A DNA stretch of 64,000 bases from an uncultured Spirochaetota bacterium. Lineage in GTDB: Bacteria > Spirochaetota > Spirochaetia > SZUA-6 > Fen-1364. Each line of letters opens with the position of its first letter. Positions within the stretch are counted from its first letter, which is position 1. This document shows, one piece after another, positions 42,632 through 52,610 of the stretch. Made by a program: the position numbers and the translations under genes. The DNA lies in contig CAVUXE010000099.1 in NCBI GenBank assembly GCA_963745235.1, positions 96,001 through 160,000 of the forward strand, written 5' to 3'. The notes below the pieces were generated by a model. It did not search any database. It was not told the origin of the DNA and worked only from the letters and a program-made list of their open reading frames with translations.

Positions 42632-43714
42632 CTAGAACAGGTTCAGGACAGCGCCGACCTGTCCCTTGAGGAATGCTTCGAACATGTGGCTGGCGCCCTG
42701 CTTGAGGTAGCGCTGGAGCTTGGCCACGTCCTTGATGTCGTCCCCCGCAATGGCGATCATGATTGCGCTTCCGTGCTTGACCTTCCCCCATTTGAAAAGC
42801 GTGTTGATGTCGTGGATGCGCTCACCCTCGTAGAAGACGTAGACGTCCAGGCCCGGGTACTTGGTCGTGTAACTCTGGATGATCTTCTTCCACGCCTCGA
42901 CGTTTCCGTTATGGAAAAGCTCGTTCGTCACGGGGATGGAGTACATGGGTGTCATCCGTTTGGGAGCCGTGGTAGCGGCCGCAACGACGGGCCTGGCAGC
43001 CACCGGCGCCGCGGCGGCGGCGGTCTGTTGCGCAACGTAGGACTGGAGCGCCGGCGGCATGACGGGGGACGCTGCCGCGGCGGCGGCGGCCGCAAGGTCC
43101 ACCTTCGGTCTGCGCCCGCGCGGCTTCGGACCCCGAGTCGGTGCGGGGGCGGGAAGCATGGGAACCACTTTCTTCAGGGTGAAACTGCCCTTGGTGAATG
43201 CTGAAGGCGTCTTGATCTTCGACCCCTGGAGAATGGACAGGAGCAGGTTGATGCCTTCCTGATATTTCGGGTCACTGTCTGTATCCTGGAAAGCGCCGGC
43301 GAATATCGTTATCAGCTCATTTTTCTTGAGGCCACGGACGCTTTCCCAATGGGCGCGGTTTTTTGGATTGATGGTCATGACGCCCAGCTCTGGATGAAAA
43401 TAGGTCACCACGAGGTCCAGGGCCCGCCATTTTCCGACCTCCGCGGCAAGATAGTCAAAGTTTTCGAAGTTCTCCGTGAGATTGTAGGACCTGCATACGT
43501 AGCCGTACTTGTCCGCCAGGATGGCGCTTACGGCCGGCAGCACCTGGTCGGGCTCGATGGATTTCTCCACGAGGCACGCGCTGATGATCTCCGCCAGGTT
43601 TGTTTTTCTCTCGAAATCCGCAATGACCCGCATGATGAACTTGAAATGGGACAGTGAGCGGTTGAAGCCGGCCCTTGTGCTCAGCTCGTCAAACGCATGG
43701 AGTTGTTCTGCCAT
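42632..43714 (-). CDS. Conserved protein between cfpA and the PPDK-like gene, with a C-terminal HPr-like domain
   Basis: Intact 360-aa ORF with a Pro/Ala linker. Residues ~254-345 align by eye with HPr (VTNELFH; INTLFK; VKHGSAIMIAIAGDD). Confidence 0.75.
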   Translation of the reverse strand: MAEQLHAFDELSTRAGFNRSLSHFKFIMRVIADFERKTNLAEIISACLVEKSIEPDQVLPAVSAILADKYGYVCRSYNLTENFENFDYLAAEVGKWRALDLVVTYFHPELGVMTINPKNRAHWESVRGLKKNELITIFAGAFQDTDSDPKYQEGINLLLSILQGSKIKTPSAFTKGSFTLKKVVPMLPAPAPTRGPKPRGRRPKVDLAAAAAAAASPVMPPALQSYVAQQTAAAAAPVAARPVVAAATTAPKRMTPMYSIPVTNELFHNGNVEAWKKIIQSYTTKYPGLDVYVFYEGERIHDINTLFKWGKVKHGSAIMIAIAGDDIKDVAKLQRYLKQGASHMFEAFLKGQVGAVLNLF

Positions 43715-43763
43715 TTGATTTTCCCTTCGCTGTCACGGCGGTCCCCGTGACACGCACCGCCGT

Positions 43764-43798
43764 AAATGAAAATGGTGACCCCCGGAGGGGTCACCATT
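43764..43798 (-). terminator. Intrinsic terminator / stabilising hairpin after cfpA
   Basis: Perfect 12-bp stem AATGGTGACCCC-CGGA-GGGGTCACCATT, followed on the minus strand by TTCATTT. Confidence 0.75.
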
Positions 43799-43813
43799 CA
43801 ATTCCCCGTTTGC

Positions 43814-45832
43814 TCAGATCTCTCTCAGACCGACGTCCCCGCCCCTGCGCGGACGGCCCCTCCTGCCCGGCTTGCGGCCGCGCCGCGGAGCGACGTCCAC
43901 GACTCCCTGGGATGCCGTCTTGGCATCAGGTCCTGGAACGTTCAGCATATCAAGGTAGTCAGTCTTTTTGCCTTCACCTGCCGCTGCGGCAGTCTCCTCC
44001 GGCTGCGCCGCGAAGGACTGCGCAATGTCAGCGCGCACCGTGGAGCGCCTGCGGGAGAACGACGCGAATGCGGCGTCCTGGAACCCCTTGGATACGCCGT
44101 AGAGGAACTCGTTGAGCACGTTGGCCATGCCGTCCAGCGTCGCCTTCTTCCTCTTGATGGACGTGATGTTCACGTCGAGGAGCAGGCCCGGCTGGATGTG
44201 GTACGGGTTGATCATGTACTCGAACTTGAGGAAGTTGCCTTCCAGGAAAGCAAGCCGCTCCTCCAGGACTCTTCGCTGGATGGGATAACGGAAGCCGTAG
44301 AGCTTCTGCAGCTTGTCCTTCATCAGGATGAGGCGCTTCTTTACCTCGTCCTTCTCCGCGATGTAAGTCCTGTTCATCCGTTCGACGTCGGTATCACCGG
44401 CCCGCACGAACGTTACTTCGCTCCAGCTCTTCTCGATGTCCTCGTAGAGGGGATCCCCCGTCTTTGCCTTGATCCGCCTCTTGATCTTCCCGCGCATCTT
44501 CTTGGCAAGGTCGTTGAAGTCTACAACGCCCTTCAGGAACTTGGAGTCCTCATACACCATTTCGAGGATGTCCCATGCATGCTGCATTTCCACCTCGAAG
44601 CTCTTGGCCTGCACGTCGTACGACTTGCGCTCTTCCAGGAGCTGCGCCTGGTCGTAGTATTTCAGGCGGATTGCGTAGCGCTCATCAGGCAGGTGAGCTT
44701 CATCCGTGTCCTCATACTCGCGAAGGACCAGCTCGCGCGCGTTCTTGAGGTTTTCAACGTGCTGGTAGCCCATCTTGGAGGTGTCCAGGATGGAGGTGAT
44801 GGAGTTGATGGCAGTGTTGAACCCGCGGTTCCTGATGTTCTCCAGGTCGACGATTCGCTTCAGGTTCTCACGGATATTCACCGCGTCATACTCTTCCGGG
44901 TCGATCTCCGCGCGCAGGCCCTCGATCTTGTCCATGAGGCTCTTGGCAAAGTATGAGTACCTCTTGGACTTGGGGTCGTCCTTGTCGTCCGAGGTGAACT
45001 TCTCAACCCTCTTCATCTTCTCGAAGAGGATCTCTCCGTCGTTCAGCTCTTCCCGGCCCTCATCGATGACCTGATCCTTGAGCTTCTCGATCTCCTTGTC
45101 GATGAGGTCCATGATGTTCTTGGAGATGAGGTCCTTGATCAGGAACTCCACCGTGACCTGGTAGTGGAAGATGGGGCTGATGAGCTCCGAGTCCAGGATG
45201 TTGACCGAGAGCTTCACGTCCGTGACGGTCTTGGGCTTGTAGGCGCTGTCCTTGAAGGAGCACTTCACGATGGAGTACGCGTTCTCACCGCTGATGAACG
45301 CGCCGACATCCGTCTTCTGGCGCAGCAGGGAGTTGGTGAGGTTCTCCAGGTCGTTGACGCCGCGCTGGATGTGGCCCTGCAGGTGTCCGTACATGTTGAC
45401 GATGGATTTCTCGATCTCACCCGTGTTGAACTTGTCGATGCCGCCGATCTGGTCCAGCATGGCCGCGATCTCCTTCGGGGTGTAGCGGGCGAGGGACTTC
45501 ATCTCTTCCTTGTCGATGAAGTTCCTCACCTTCTTCACCATCTCGTCTTCCGAGGTGACCATGAAGCGGTTGAACATGTTCTGATAGTTCTGGTTGAAGT
45601 AGTTGTAGAGCTTCTCCTTGAAGCCACCCATGACGTCGAGCTTCTCGGTGACTTCCTTGGGCAGCTTGGAGGTGATATGATTCATCACCTTGTCGACTTC
45701 TTCGCTCATGAGCAGGTCGACTTCCGCCTGCTGATCCCGGAACTCCTGCGCGAGCGAGTTCCTGGAACCGACGGCGCTCGGCTTTTCCGGATGGAACACA
45801 TTCGGGCTTTTCGGAAGGTCAATAGCAGCCAT
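43814..45832 (-). CDS. cfpA: Cytoplasmic filament protein A
   Basis: N-terminus [25 protein letters not shown] and internal [22 protein letters not shown] and [21 protein letters not shown] match treponemal CfpA as recalled; 672 aa; SD AAGGAG. Confidence 0.93.
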   Translation of the reverse strand: MAAIDLPKSPNVFHPEKPSAVGSRNSLAQEFRDQQAEVDLLMSEEVDKVMNHITSKLPKEVTEKLDVMGGFKEKLYNYFNQNYQNMFNRFMVTSEDEMVKKVRNFIDKEEMKSLARYTPKEIAAMLDQIGGIDKFNTGEIEKSIVNMYGHLQGHIQRGVNDLENLTNSLLRQKTDVGAFISGENAYSIVKCSFKDSAYKPKTVTDVKLSVNILDSELISPIFHYQVTVEFLIKDLISKNIMDLIDKEIEKLKDQVIDEGREELNDGEILFEKMKRVEKFTSDDKDDPKSKRYSYFAKSLMDKIEGLRAEIDPEEYDAVNIRENLKRIVDLENIRNRGFNTAINSITSILDTSKMGYQHVENLKNARELVLREYEDTDEAHLPDERYAIRLKYYDQAQLLEERKSYDVQAKSFEVEMQHAWDILEMVYEDSKFLKGVVDFNDLAKKMRGKIKRRIKAKTGDPLYEDIEKSWSEVTFVRAGDTDVERMNRTYIAEKDEVKKRLILMKDKLQKLYGFRYPIQRRVLEERLAFLEGNFLKFEYMINPYHIQPGLLLDVNITSIKRKKATLDGMANVLNEFLYGVSKGFQDAAFASFSRRRSTVRADIAQSFAAQPEETAAAAGEGKKTDYLDMLNVPGPDAKTASQGVVDVAPRRGRKPGRRGRPRRGGDVGLREI

Positions 45833-45864
45833 AGCTGTCTCCTTTTCTCAGTTTAGTCGCGGCT

Positions 45865-45893
45865 AGTAGACCATAAAAGAACCACTCTGGCAA
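45865..45893 (-). promoter_or_regulatory. Putative cfpA operon promoter
   Basis: TTGCCA-17 bp-TCTACT with a TG extension on the minus strand. Confidence 0.5.
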
Positions 45894-45985
45894 GCACTTT
45901 TTTCCAGTGCCACCAATTTCTCTCTTCCATTTTATAGAATTATAGTGCATCCTACAAGCGATTTCAGGCAGGAACAGGAGGCAGC

Positions 45986-47529
45986 ATGAGTATTCGCAGA
46001 AGCCTTCCCGCGGCTTTGGTGGTGTGCCTCATTCTGGCGTCCCCTCTGCTTGCCGACACGCGGACGCAGAACATCGACATCATGATCGCCCTCGACAAGT
46101 CACTTTCCATGGAACATAAGATCGCCGCTGTCAAGGATTGGGTCAACTCATATCTGATCGACCAGGTGGTCATCCCGGGAGACTTCCTCGTCATCGTGGC
46201 GTTCTACGGGAAGGCGGACGTCATCGTGTCACAGGTCATCAAGGATGACGCCGACAGAGCGGCAGTGAAGAAGATCATTTCCGGGATTAGAGGGAATGGA
46301 AGGTTCACAGATATTGGCAACGCCCTGGATGTTTTGAAAGCGCAGATCGCGGAGAAGGAGAAGCGACGGTAGAGACAAGTACGTCCTCCTCCTGACGGAC
46401 GGGATCCAGGAAGCGCCGCCAACGAGCAAGTACTACTCCACGGACGGAAAGTTCAACCACGAGTTCCTCGCCAACACGAAGACCATCCAGGAGAAAGGCT
46501 GGAAGGTCATGATACTGGGGATCGGAACAGAGACCGCCGCAAAGGACCTGGCGACAACGGTCTCCGGTTCCTACACCGAGATCACCGGCAAGGTGAGCCG
46601 GGGGGCCCTCACCCAGTCCGCCGGCGGCCTGTTCGGCGCCGTGGCGCTCAAGGGCGGGGTCCAGGTGGCGCCCGTGGGCCCTGACGGGAGCAGCTCCCTT
46701 GCCTTCACGTTGAAGCCCTCGCTGCAGGGAGACACAAGCATCACGATCAACAGGATAGATGCCCGAATCGGGAACGCCCCTCCGTCCCCTGTGCTCTCCA
46801 CGCCCATGACCATTGCGGTCAAGAAAGGCGCTGATCAGGCGGCCAAGGTGGCGGTAAGGTTCCCTGCGGGCCTGCCCGGCAGGCTCCACCAAGGGCACGC
46901 TTTCATTTTCCTTCCCTCCCGGCCAGGGCTTCAGCCCTTCGGATGTCGAAGTGTCCATCCCTGTGAAAGGTTGGGCTGAAAACAACGAGATCCCGCTTGG
47001 CGCCGCCCTGGTCCTGGTAATCATCGTGATCGTCGCCCTGGTCCTTCTGCTCCGCAGGGTGTCAACGGGAGGAGCACTGTCCTTCGTCGTTCTGGTGGAC
47101 GACTCTCCTCTCAGCGAGGCTCCGGTGAGCCTGGCCTCGGGGCGCGAGCTTTTCCTGAATGAGCTGGAAGGATCTTTCAGTCTCGTCCCCAGGCGGAATG
47201 CCCGTTCACTCGCCCGATTCTTCGTCAAGGACAAGAAGCTCGGCATGGGCGTCCTGAAAACGGACAGGTTCCCGAAGCTGGCCGACGTGCCCGGGGACAT
47301 CCGGGGGGAATCATTTGTCCTGAAGGCGGAGGACGGAAGAAAGCTTGACCTGGAGATACAGGGCAAGTCCGCTGCCGGGGCAGCGCGGACAGGCGATATC
47401 CCCGCCCGGGAAGGCCGGTCCGCGGAGACTGCCTCCAAGCCAGCGCCCGAGCCCGCAGAACGCCCGGCGGCGAAACGAACCCCCCGGGCAACGGCGCCCG
47501 CGGCCAGGCCCAGGAAGAGGGCGAAGTAG
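45986..47529 (+). CDS. vWA (MIDAS) domain membrane protein, TP0750-like; indels near 46365 and 46870-46950
   Basis: Signal peptide, DKSLSM, FTDIGNALD, then LLLTDGIQEAPP in the shifted frame; TM LGAALVLVIIVIVALVLLL. Confidence 0.75.
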
Positions 47530-47536
47530 TCTGGCT

Positions 47537-48762
47537 GTGACCTCGGTCTACCTTTTCGACACGGGATCTTTCCAACCCCTGCCCGGGGATCGCGGAAGAT
47601 TTTCGATATTCCCTGCTCCCTTTCTGGGGGAACTACTGCCTTGTCGACTTCATGGTTGCCAATTTCTGGCGCGGGAATGGGAACGACGCGCGCGGAAACG
47701 GCGCGGGGCGCGACTCTGTTCCTCGGGAAACCGAGCTCACCATCGTGCTGGAGGAGTCACCCCGCACGGTCCCGATCGCTTTCTCCTCAAGGTGGAAGAA
47801 GCCCGTCGGGCGGGTCGTTGGGATGGAGGATCCGGTTTCAGAATTGATCCCCCTTCTCTCCGCGTCGCCGTCGGAGAACGTCATCATCGGCTCCCTCTCC
47901 TGTGTCTGCGTCCTTGATACCGCGGCACTCCTCGCGCTGGCGGCCGGTTCGTCGGGAAGGATCATCAAGGTCTCCGTGGCCCGGACGCCAATCGAGATGT
48001 ACGCGATGGGGAAGGAAACCATCGTTTCACTTCTGAAATCGGTGCTGCAGCGGCGGACAGACAGGAAGCCCCTTCGTGAAAGTCTCTTTGCGGGAGCGCT
48101 CCTGGCGTCCATGGATCTTATCGAAGAGGTGCCAGGAGAGATCCTCTTTCAGAACGACCTGATGGAGTACTACCACAGGAACCTCTGGGTCATCGGGAAT
48201 GCGGCGAGCAAGGGGTACCTGAAGATCGTGCACCCGGTTACCCGAGCTTTCCGAAAAAGGGGCGGAATCCCATATTGCAGAGAAAGGACTTGCCCGCAAC
48301 TCCTGGCTCGCTTCCGGTGTCGAGGTGGAAGGCGAGGTGGAAGACTCCATCCTGTTTCCAAACGTCCACATCAGGAAAAACGCCCGCGTCTCCCGGTCCA
48401 TCGTCATGAACGGGAACCGGGTGGGCGCGGGGGGAGACCTGCAGAACGCGCTGGTGCTGCCCTTCTCCGCGGAGCTTTCCCGAACCACGGCCAACATCGG
48501 TGACAACTGCTCCATAGGGTCCAAGTCATCGACGGCACGGAACGTGGACTTTCCGGATCAGATCCGTGACGGCTTGACGGTCATCGGAATGAACTCCGAG
48601 ATCCCTGCCGGGCTTCGCCTGGAGGCGGGCGTCTGCATCGGGCCGGGAGTGACGACCTCGATGCTGCGCAAGATGAAGCTCGTCAAGAAGGGCACGAGCG
48701 TGTTCAAGCCCCGGGCCCCTGAGGCGGAGCCGAGAGAAGAGGCGGAGAAAGGGCGCCGGTGA
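47537..48762 (+). CDS. Degenerate glucose-1-phosphate adenylyltransferase-like protein (GlgD-like); indels near 47612 and ~48235-48270
   Basis: LLPFWGNYCLVDFMVAN resembles GlgC/D PFGGxYRxIDFxLSN; left-handed beta-helix VEGEVEDSILFPNVHIRKNARVSRSIVM. Confidence 0.6.
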
Positions 48763-49739
48763 ACGAGCTCAAGGCAGCGGCAGATTTCCTCAAGCGAACT
48801 GAAAAGCTCATCATCACAGCCCATGAGACGCCGGATGGGGATGCCCTGGGCAGCGAGTGCGCCACCCGCAGGGCCCTGCTCAGCCTGGGAAAAGAGGCCA
48901 TCATTCTCAACTCCGATCCGACCCCCCGCAAGTTCGCGTTCCTGGATCCCGAGAACGCCATCATCGTTCTGCAGACCGAGGACCAGCTTCCTGATGAGGT
49001 TGAGACGTACGCCCTCCTCATGCTCGACACAAACGACATTCACAATATCGGGTCGGTCTCTTCCCTTGTTCTTCCCCGCGTCAGGGAGTACTTCATCATC
49101 GATCACCACGAGAATGAAGAAGACGTGCTGACCGGCAACCTCATCCTGAAGAGCGCCTCCTCGACGTGCGAAATCGTTTATCAACTCCTTCGCGAGATCC
49201 GCGTGGATATCGACGAGGCAATGGCGGAAGCGCTCTACACGGGCATCATCTACGACACGGGATGCTTCATCTATCCGAAAACGACCGAAATCACTTTTGC
49301 GATCGCGCGCGACCTTGTCCAGAAGGGCGTGCAGCCGAATGCCGTCTACGCTCACGTCTACGAAAGCAACTCCATCTCAGCCCTCCTGCTGCAATCGCGG
49401 GTTCTTTCCACCCTGGAGCTGGCAGAAGGAAACCACGTGGCGATCTTGACAATGAACAAGGAAATGCTCAGAGATTCCGGGTCGAATTACGAGGAAGCGG
49501 ACGGGCTCGTCAACATCCCGCTGAAAAGCGAGGACGTGCGGGTTTCTGTCTTCTTCAGGGAAAACATGGAAGGATTGTTTCGCTGCTCGCTGCGGTCAAA
49601 AGGCGGCATCAATGTGGCGGAGATCGCCCAGATGTTCGGCGGAGGCGGCCATAGAACCGCCGCCGGCTTCAAGTGTCGCATCTCACTGGAAAAAACCAAG
49701 CGGGCAGTGCTGGAAAGACTGAGGGTCCATTTCACATGA
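48759..49739 (+). CDS. nrnA: DHH/DHHA1 phosphoesterase (NrnA-type oligoribonuclease / pAp phosphatase)
   Basis: H..PDGDALGS, IIDHH, YTGIIYDTG and FGGGGHRTAAG motifs. Confidence 0.88.
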   Translation: MNELKAAADFLKRTEKLIITAHETPDGDALGSECATRRALLSLGKEAIILNSDPTPRKFAFLDPENAIIVLQTEDQLPDEVETYALLMLDTNDIHNIGSVSSLVLPRVREYFIIDHHENEEDVLTGNLILKSASSTCEIVYQLLREIRVDIDEAMAEALYTGIIYDTGCFIYPKTTEITFAIARDLVQKGVQPNAVYAHVYESNSISALLLQSRVLSTLELAEGNHVAILTMNKEMLRDSGSNYEEADGLVNIPLKSEDVRVSVFFRENMEGLFRCSLRSKGGINVAEIAQMFGGGGHRTAAGFKCRISLEKTKRAVLERLRVHFT

Positions 49740-51257
49740 ACAAGCTACTGCCTCTCGGGCTCCTGGCCGCCTGCGCGCTGCTCCTGGCGGGCTGTCAGCG
49801 CTCCGGCAACGGCAGGGTCGTCATTGTTCCGAAGGTGCCCGCGGATGCGGCGCGCGGCACCGCGCAGGCGGCTCCCTCGGGCATGCTGCTGGCCCCTGTC
49901 ATGCCTCAGCCGCGAATTACCATCGACCCTCGGGACACCGTCCTCCAGGTGATCAACGCCGCCTTGCGCAAAGGCACCCAGGAGGAGCAGCAGGTCATTG
50001 CCGTGAAACGGATGGATGAGGTCGACTCCCCCGTGCGGCTGCTCGTGGTCGACGTGGACCCTGAACGGGGCACGTACTATTTCCAGAGCTGGGAGTCTCC
50101 CACGAACGCTACCGACAACAGGATCTTCAGCCTGGCGGTGAAGGACCTTATCGGAGACCACGACGTGCAGATCGAGGCGAGCGGCATGAACAAGGACGGC
50201 AAGCTCACTCTGGACATCTTCCGCCGCGGCCAGGATCCCCACGGGACCGAGCTGGTCTATGTGCCCGTCTGCCAGATTGTCGCCGACGACATACACGTGG
50301 AAGAGTCGGACCGGCCTGACACCTACACGATGGACCAGAAAAACGGTGACAGCTTCCCGATCGACACGTTCGTTCGTGACCCGGATTCCGCAGGACGTCA
50401 TGGACCTCCTCAAGATCTCCTATCAATGGGTGCCAAAAGAGGGCCGGTACGTGCCAGGCTCTCCTGAGAAGGTCCCGGGAGAAAAAACTGCCCAGGCGCA
50501 GCTCAGCAAGCTCTTCAGCGACTTGACGCCCAGCCCGTTCGAGGACTTCCTCGCAGGATCGTGGATAGAGACGCCGGCTGACGGCGCTCGAACGGGTCCG
50601 AAGCTCACTCCCGCAGAGATCTCTTTCGACCCCAGATCCAGGGAGATCGTGCTTTCAAGCGGTGATACCGCGGAGGTCTATTCCTGGCAGGTCACTGCGC
50701 GGACCTTGTACAACAGCGCCCGTCTGGTCGGAAACAACGAGACGGTCCCTCAGATCAGCCGCACCTTTGAGATAACCGCCCTGTCGACGGTCACCCTCTC
50801 GATAACGGTGGTCGGGGATGACTCGGCGGACAGGGCCACGGTCAGCACCTACTCCCGGGTCTCCGATCAGGCTCAGACCGCGCCGGGCCGGATCCAGGGC
50901 GCCCCGGCCGCTCACGAGCTCCCGACGCTGGCGGGGCAATATTCAGACTCGAAGGGCATTTCCGTCGACTTCCAGTATCCGCGGATGCTCTGGAAGGAAT
51001 CCGGACGGCAGAGGGCGGCGGAGTACGTGCTCTTTCGCCTGGCGGGCAGATTCATCCTGAGCGTTCGCTTCCTCGGAGACAACGACGCCCCAGAAGAGGA
51101 TCGATCATGGGTGGCAGATTTCAGTGAAAGCAGGAATCCTGCGCGGATTTTGCGCACCCTCACTCTCGCTCCCGCCCAGTTGACGGTGCGAGGCTACGAC
51201 GATGCGGTGGGGGACACGATCTCACTCGAGCAGGAGATTACTCTTCGGCCTCGATAG
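49736..51257 (+). CDS. Pallilysin (TP0751)-related adhesin lipoprotein, long form; indel near 50390
   Basis: Lipobox LAGC; EQQVIAVK, DLIGDH, ESDRPDTY and YQW....GRYVPG..KVPG motifs match the pallilysin-related family as recalled; sits downstream of a vWA gene and near cfpA. Confidence 0.7.
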
Positions 51258-51261
51258 GATC

Positions 51262-52572
51262 TCACTGGTCATTCAGAAGGAAACCGCTGAAGCCCGCCTC
51301 GTGAAGCTTGTCCAGAAGAGCGCGTGCTTCGTCAACGGCGAGTCCGGTGCCCGCAAAAACTCTGTAAAGCGATTTGCCCTGGGAGCCGGGGGCGCTTCCC
51401 TGGGTGCCGGAGGCGCTTCCCTGGGTGCCGGAGGCGCTTCCCTGAGCGCCGGGCGCACTTCCCTCCAGTGCGTCGATGCGCAGTGTCGGTGAGAACCCCT
51501 TTTTCGTGAGCTCAGAGATGAGATCATCCGCGTTCTCCTTCATCTGGAAGGAGCCTGCCTGCACCGACAAGGTCTTTTGACTTGTCGGCGGCGCTGTGCT
51601 GGTCGCTGAATCGAGAGCAGCTTGCGAACCGGGCGCCCCGGCGGAGGAAGGCTCGACCGCGGGAGTGGTGGCAACGGCCGGGGGAGTCGTGGCGGCGGCA
51701 GTCGCCGCAGCAGGCGTCGGCGCCGCGGGTGGGACCGTGGACACGCCTGCAGGTGCAGGCGAAGAGGATGGAGGCTCGGGGGATGGAGATCCGCCTAAAA
51801 ACCTTCCCGGCAGCGCCATGAGAGACACATTTGCAGAATCCCGGGCTGTCGTGGAGCCTTCGGCCGCAACGATGGCATACTCCGGGGATTGCGGGAACTT
51901 TGCCTGCAGGCGCCGTGTCGCAAGAAGACGCGCAGCGGGATCGCCGGAGCGCACGGCAATCTGGTAGCTCATCCAGAGGGCCCTCAGGACCACAGACTGA
52001 TCCGTGGCCGAATCCGCAATCCGAGCGAGCTCCGCATTTGCCGGCCCGGAGTCTCCTTTCTGAAAGGAAACGCATGCCCTGAGAAAATCCACTCTCTCGG
52101 TCTCTGAGTCCTTCATCGAAGCAAGGCTGGATTGCAGCGCATCTACATCATTCATTTCCAGCGACAGGAGAAACGCGGACTCCAGGGCTGACGCAGGCGC
52201 CCCCTTGGCAAATGCAGCGAGATAGGCGTCCCTCGCCTCCTCTGTCTTTCCCGCCGCCTCGAACAACCGTGCCAGCCGGGCCATCGTTTCAGGAAGCGCG
52301 CCTCCCGCCCTGGCGCTCTGCAGGAACCTCTTTCCCACTTCGAGGAGCGAGGAAAGATTCTGCTCTTCGGCGAGGTACCGAAACATGACAACAGGCGCTT
52401 GCGCGGAGCCCGGGTTGGAATCCAGCCACGATGCGAGCATGTGGGCCGCCCCCTGGCGGTCCCCGGCCATCTCCTCGAGCCGCGCCTCCTGGAGGGCGGA
52501 GTCGAGCGCTGACGCGCTTGCTGGAATGGCGCACGATGCCAGAAGAATAGTGAGGAGTCGAGTCAGCCGCAT
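51262..52572 (-). CDS. Exported TPR + SPOR domain protein
   Basis: Signal peptide, helical repeats, Pro/Ala/Thr linker and SPOR motif SVQAGSFQMKENADDLISELTKKGF..YRVFAG. Confidence 0.85.
   Translation of the reverse strand: MRLTRLLTILLASCAIPASASALDSALQEARLEEMAGDRQGAAHMLASWLDSNPGSAQAPVVMFRYLAEEQNLSSLLEVGKRFLQSARAGGALPETMARLARLFEAAGKTEEARDAYLAAFAKGAPASALESAFLLSLEMNDVDALQSSLASMKDSETERVDFLRACVSFQKGDSGPANAELARIADSATDQSVVLRALWMSYQIAVRSGDPAARLLATRRLQAKFPQSPEYAIVAAEGSTTARDSANVSLMALPGRFLGGSPSPEPPSSSPAPAGVSTVPPAAPTPAAATAAATTPPAVATTPAVEPSSAGAPGSQAALDSATSTAPPTSQKTLSVQAGSFQMKENADDLISELTKKGFSPTLRIDALEGSAPGAQGSASGTQGSASGTQGSAPGSQGKSLYRVFAGTGLAVDEARALLDKLHEAGFSGFLLNDQ
51375..51464. repeat. In-frame 21-bp tandem repeat, about 4.3 copies
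   Basis: ttccctgggtgccggaggcgc units encoding GSA(S/P)G(T/A/S)Q inside the SPOR domain. Confidence 0.85.
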
Positions 52573-52610
52573 CACTCTGACTTGAATATCGGTCGGCGGG
52601 CCCCGCCTGA

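Noticed and set aside
51375-51464. Possible CRISPR array
   Set aside because: The units are contiguous with no unique spacers, lie in-frame within a CDS, and no cas genes are nearby.
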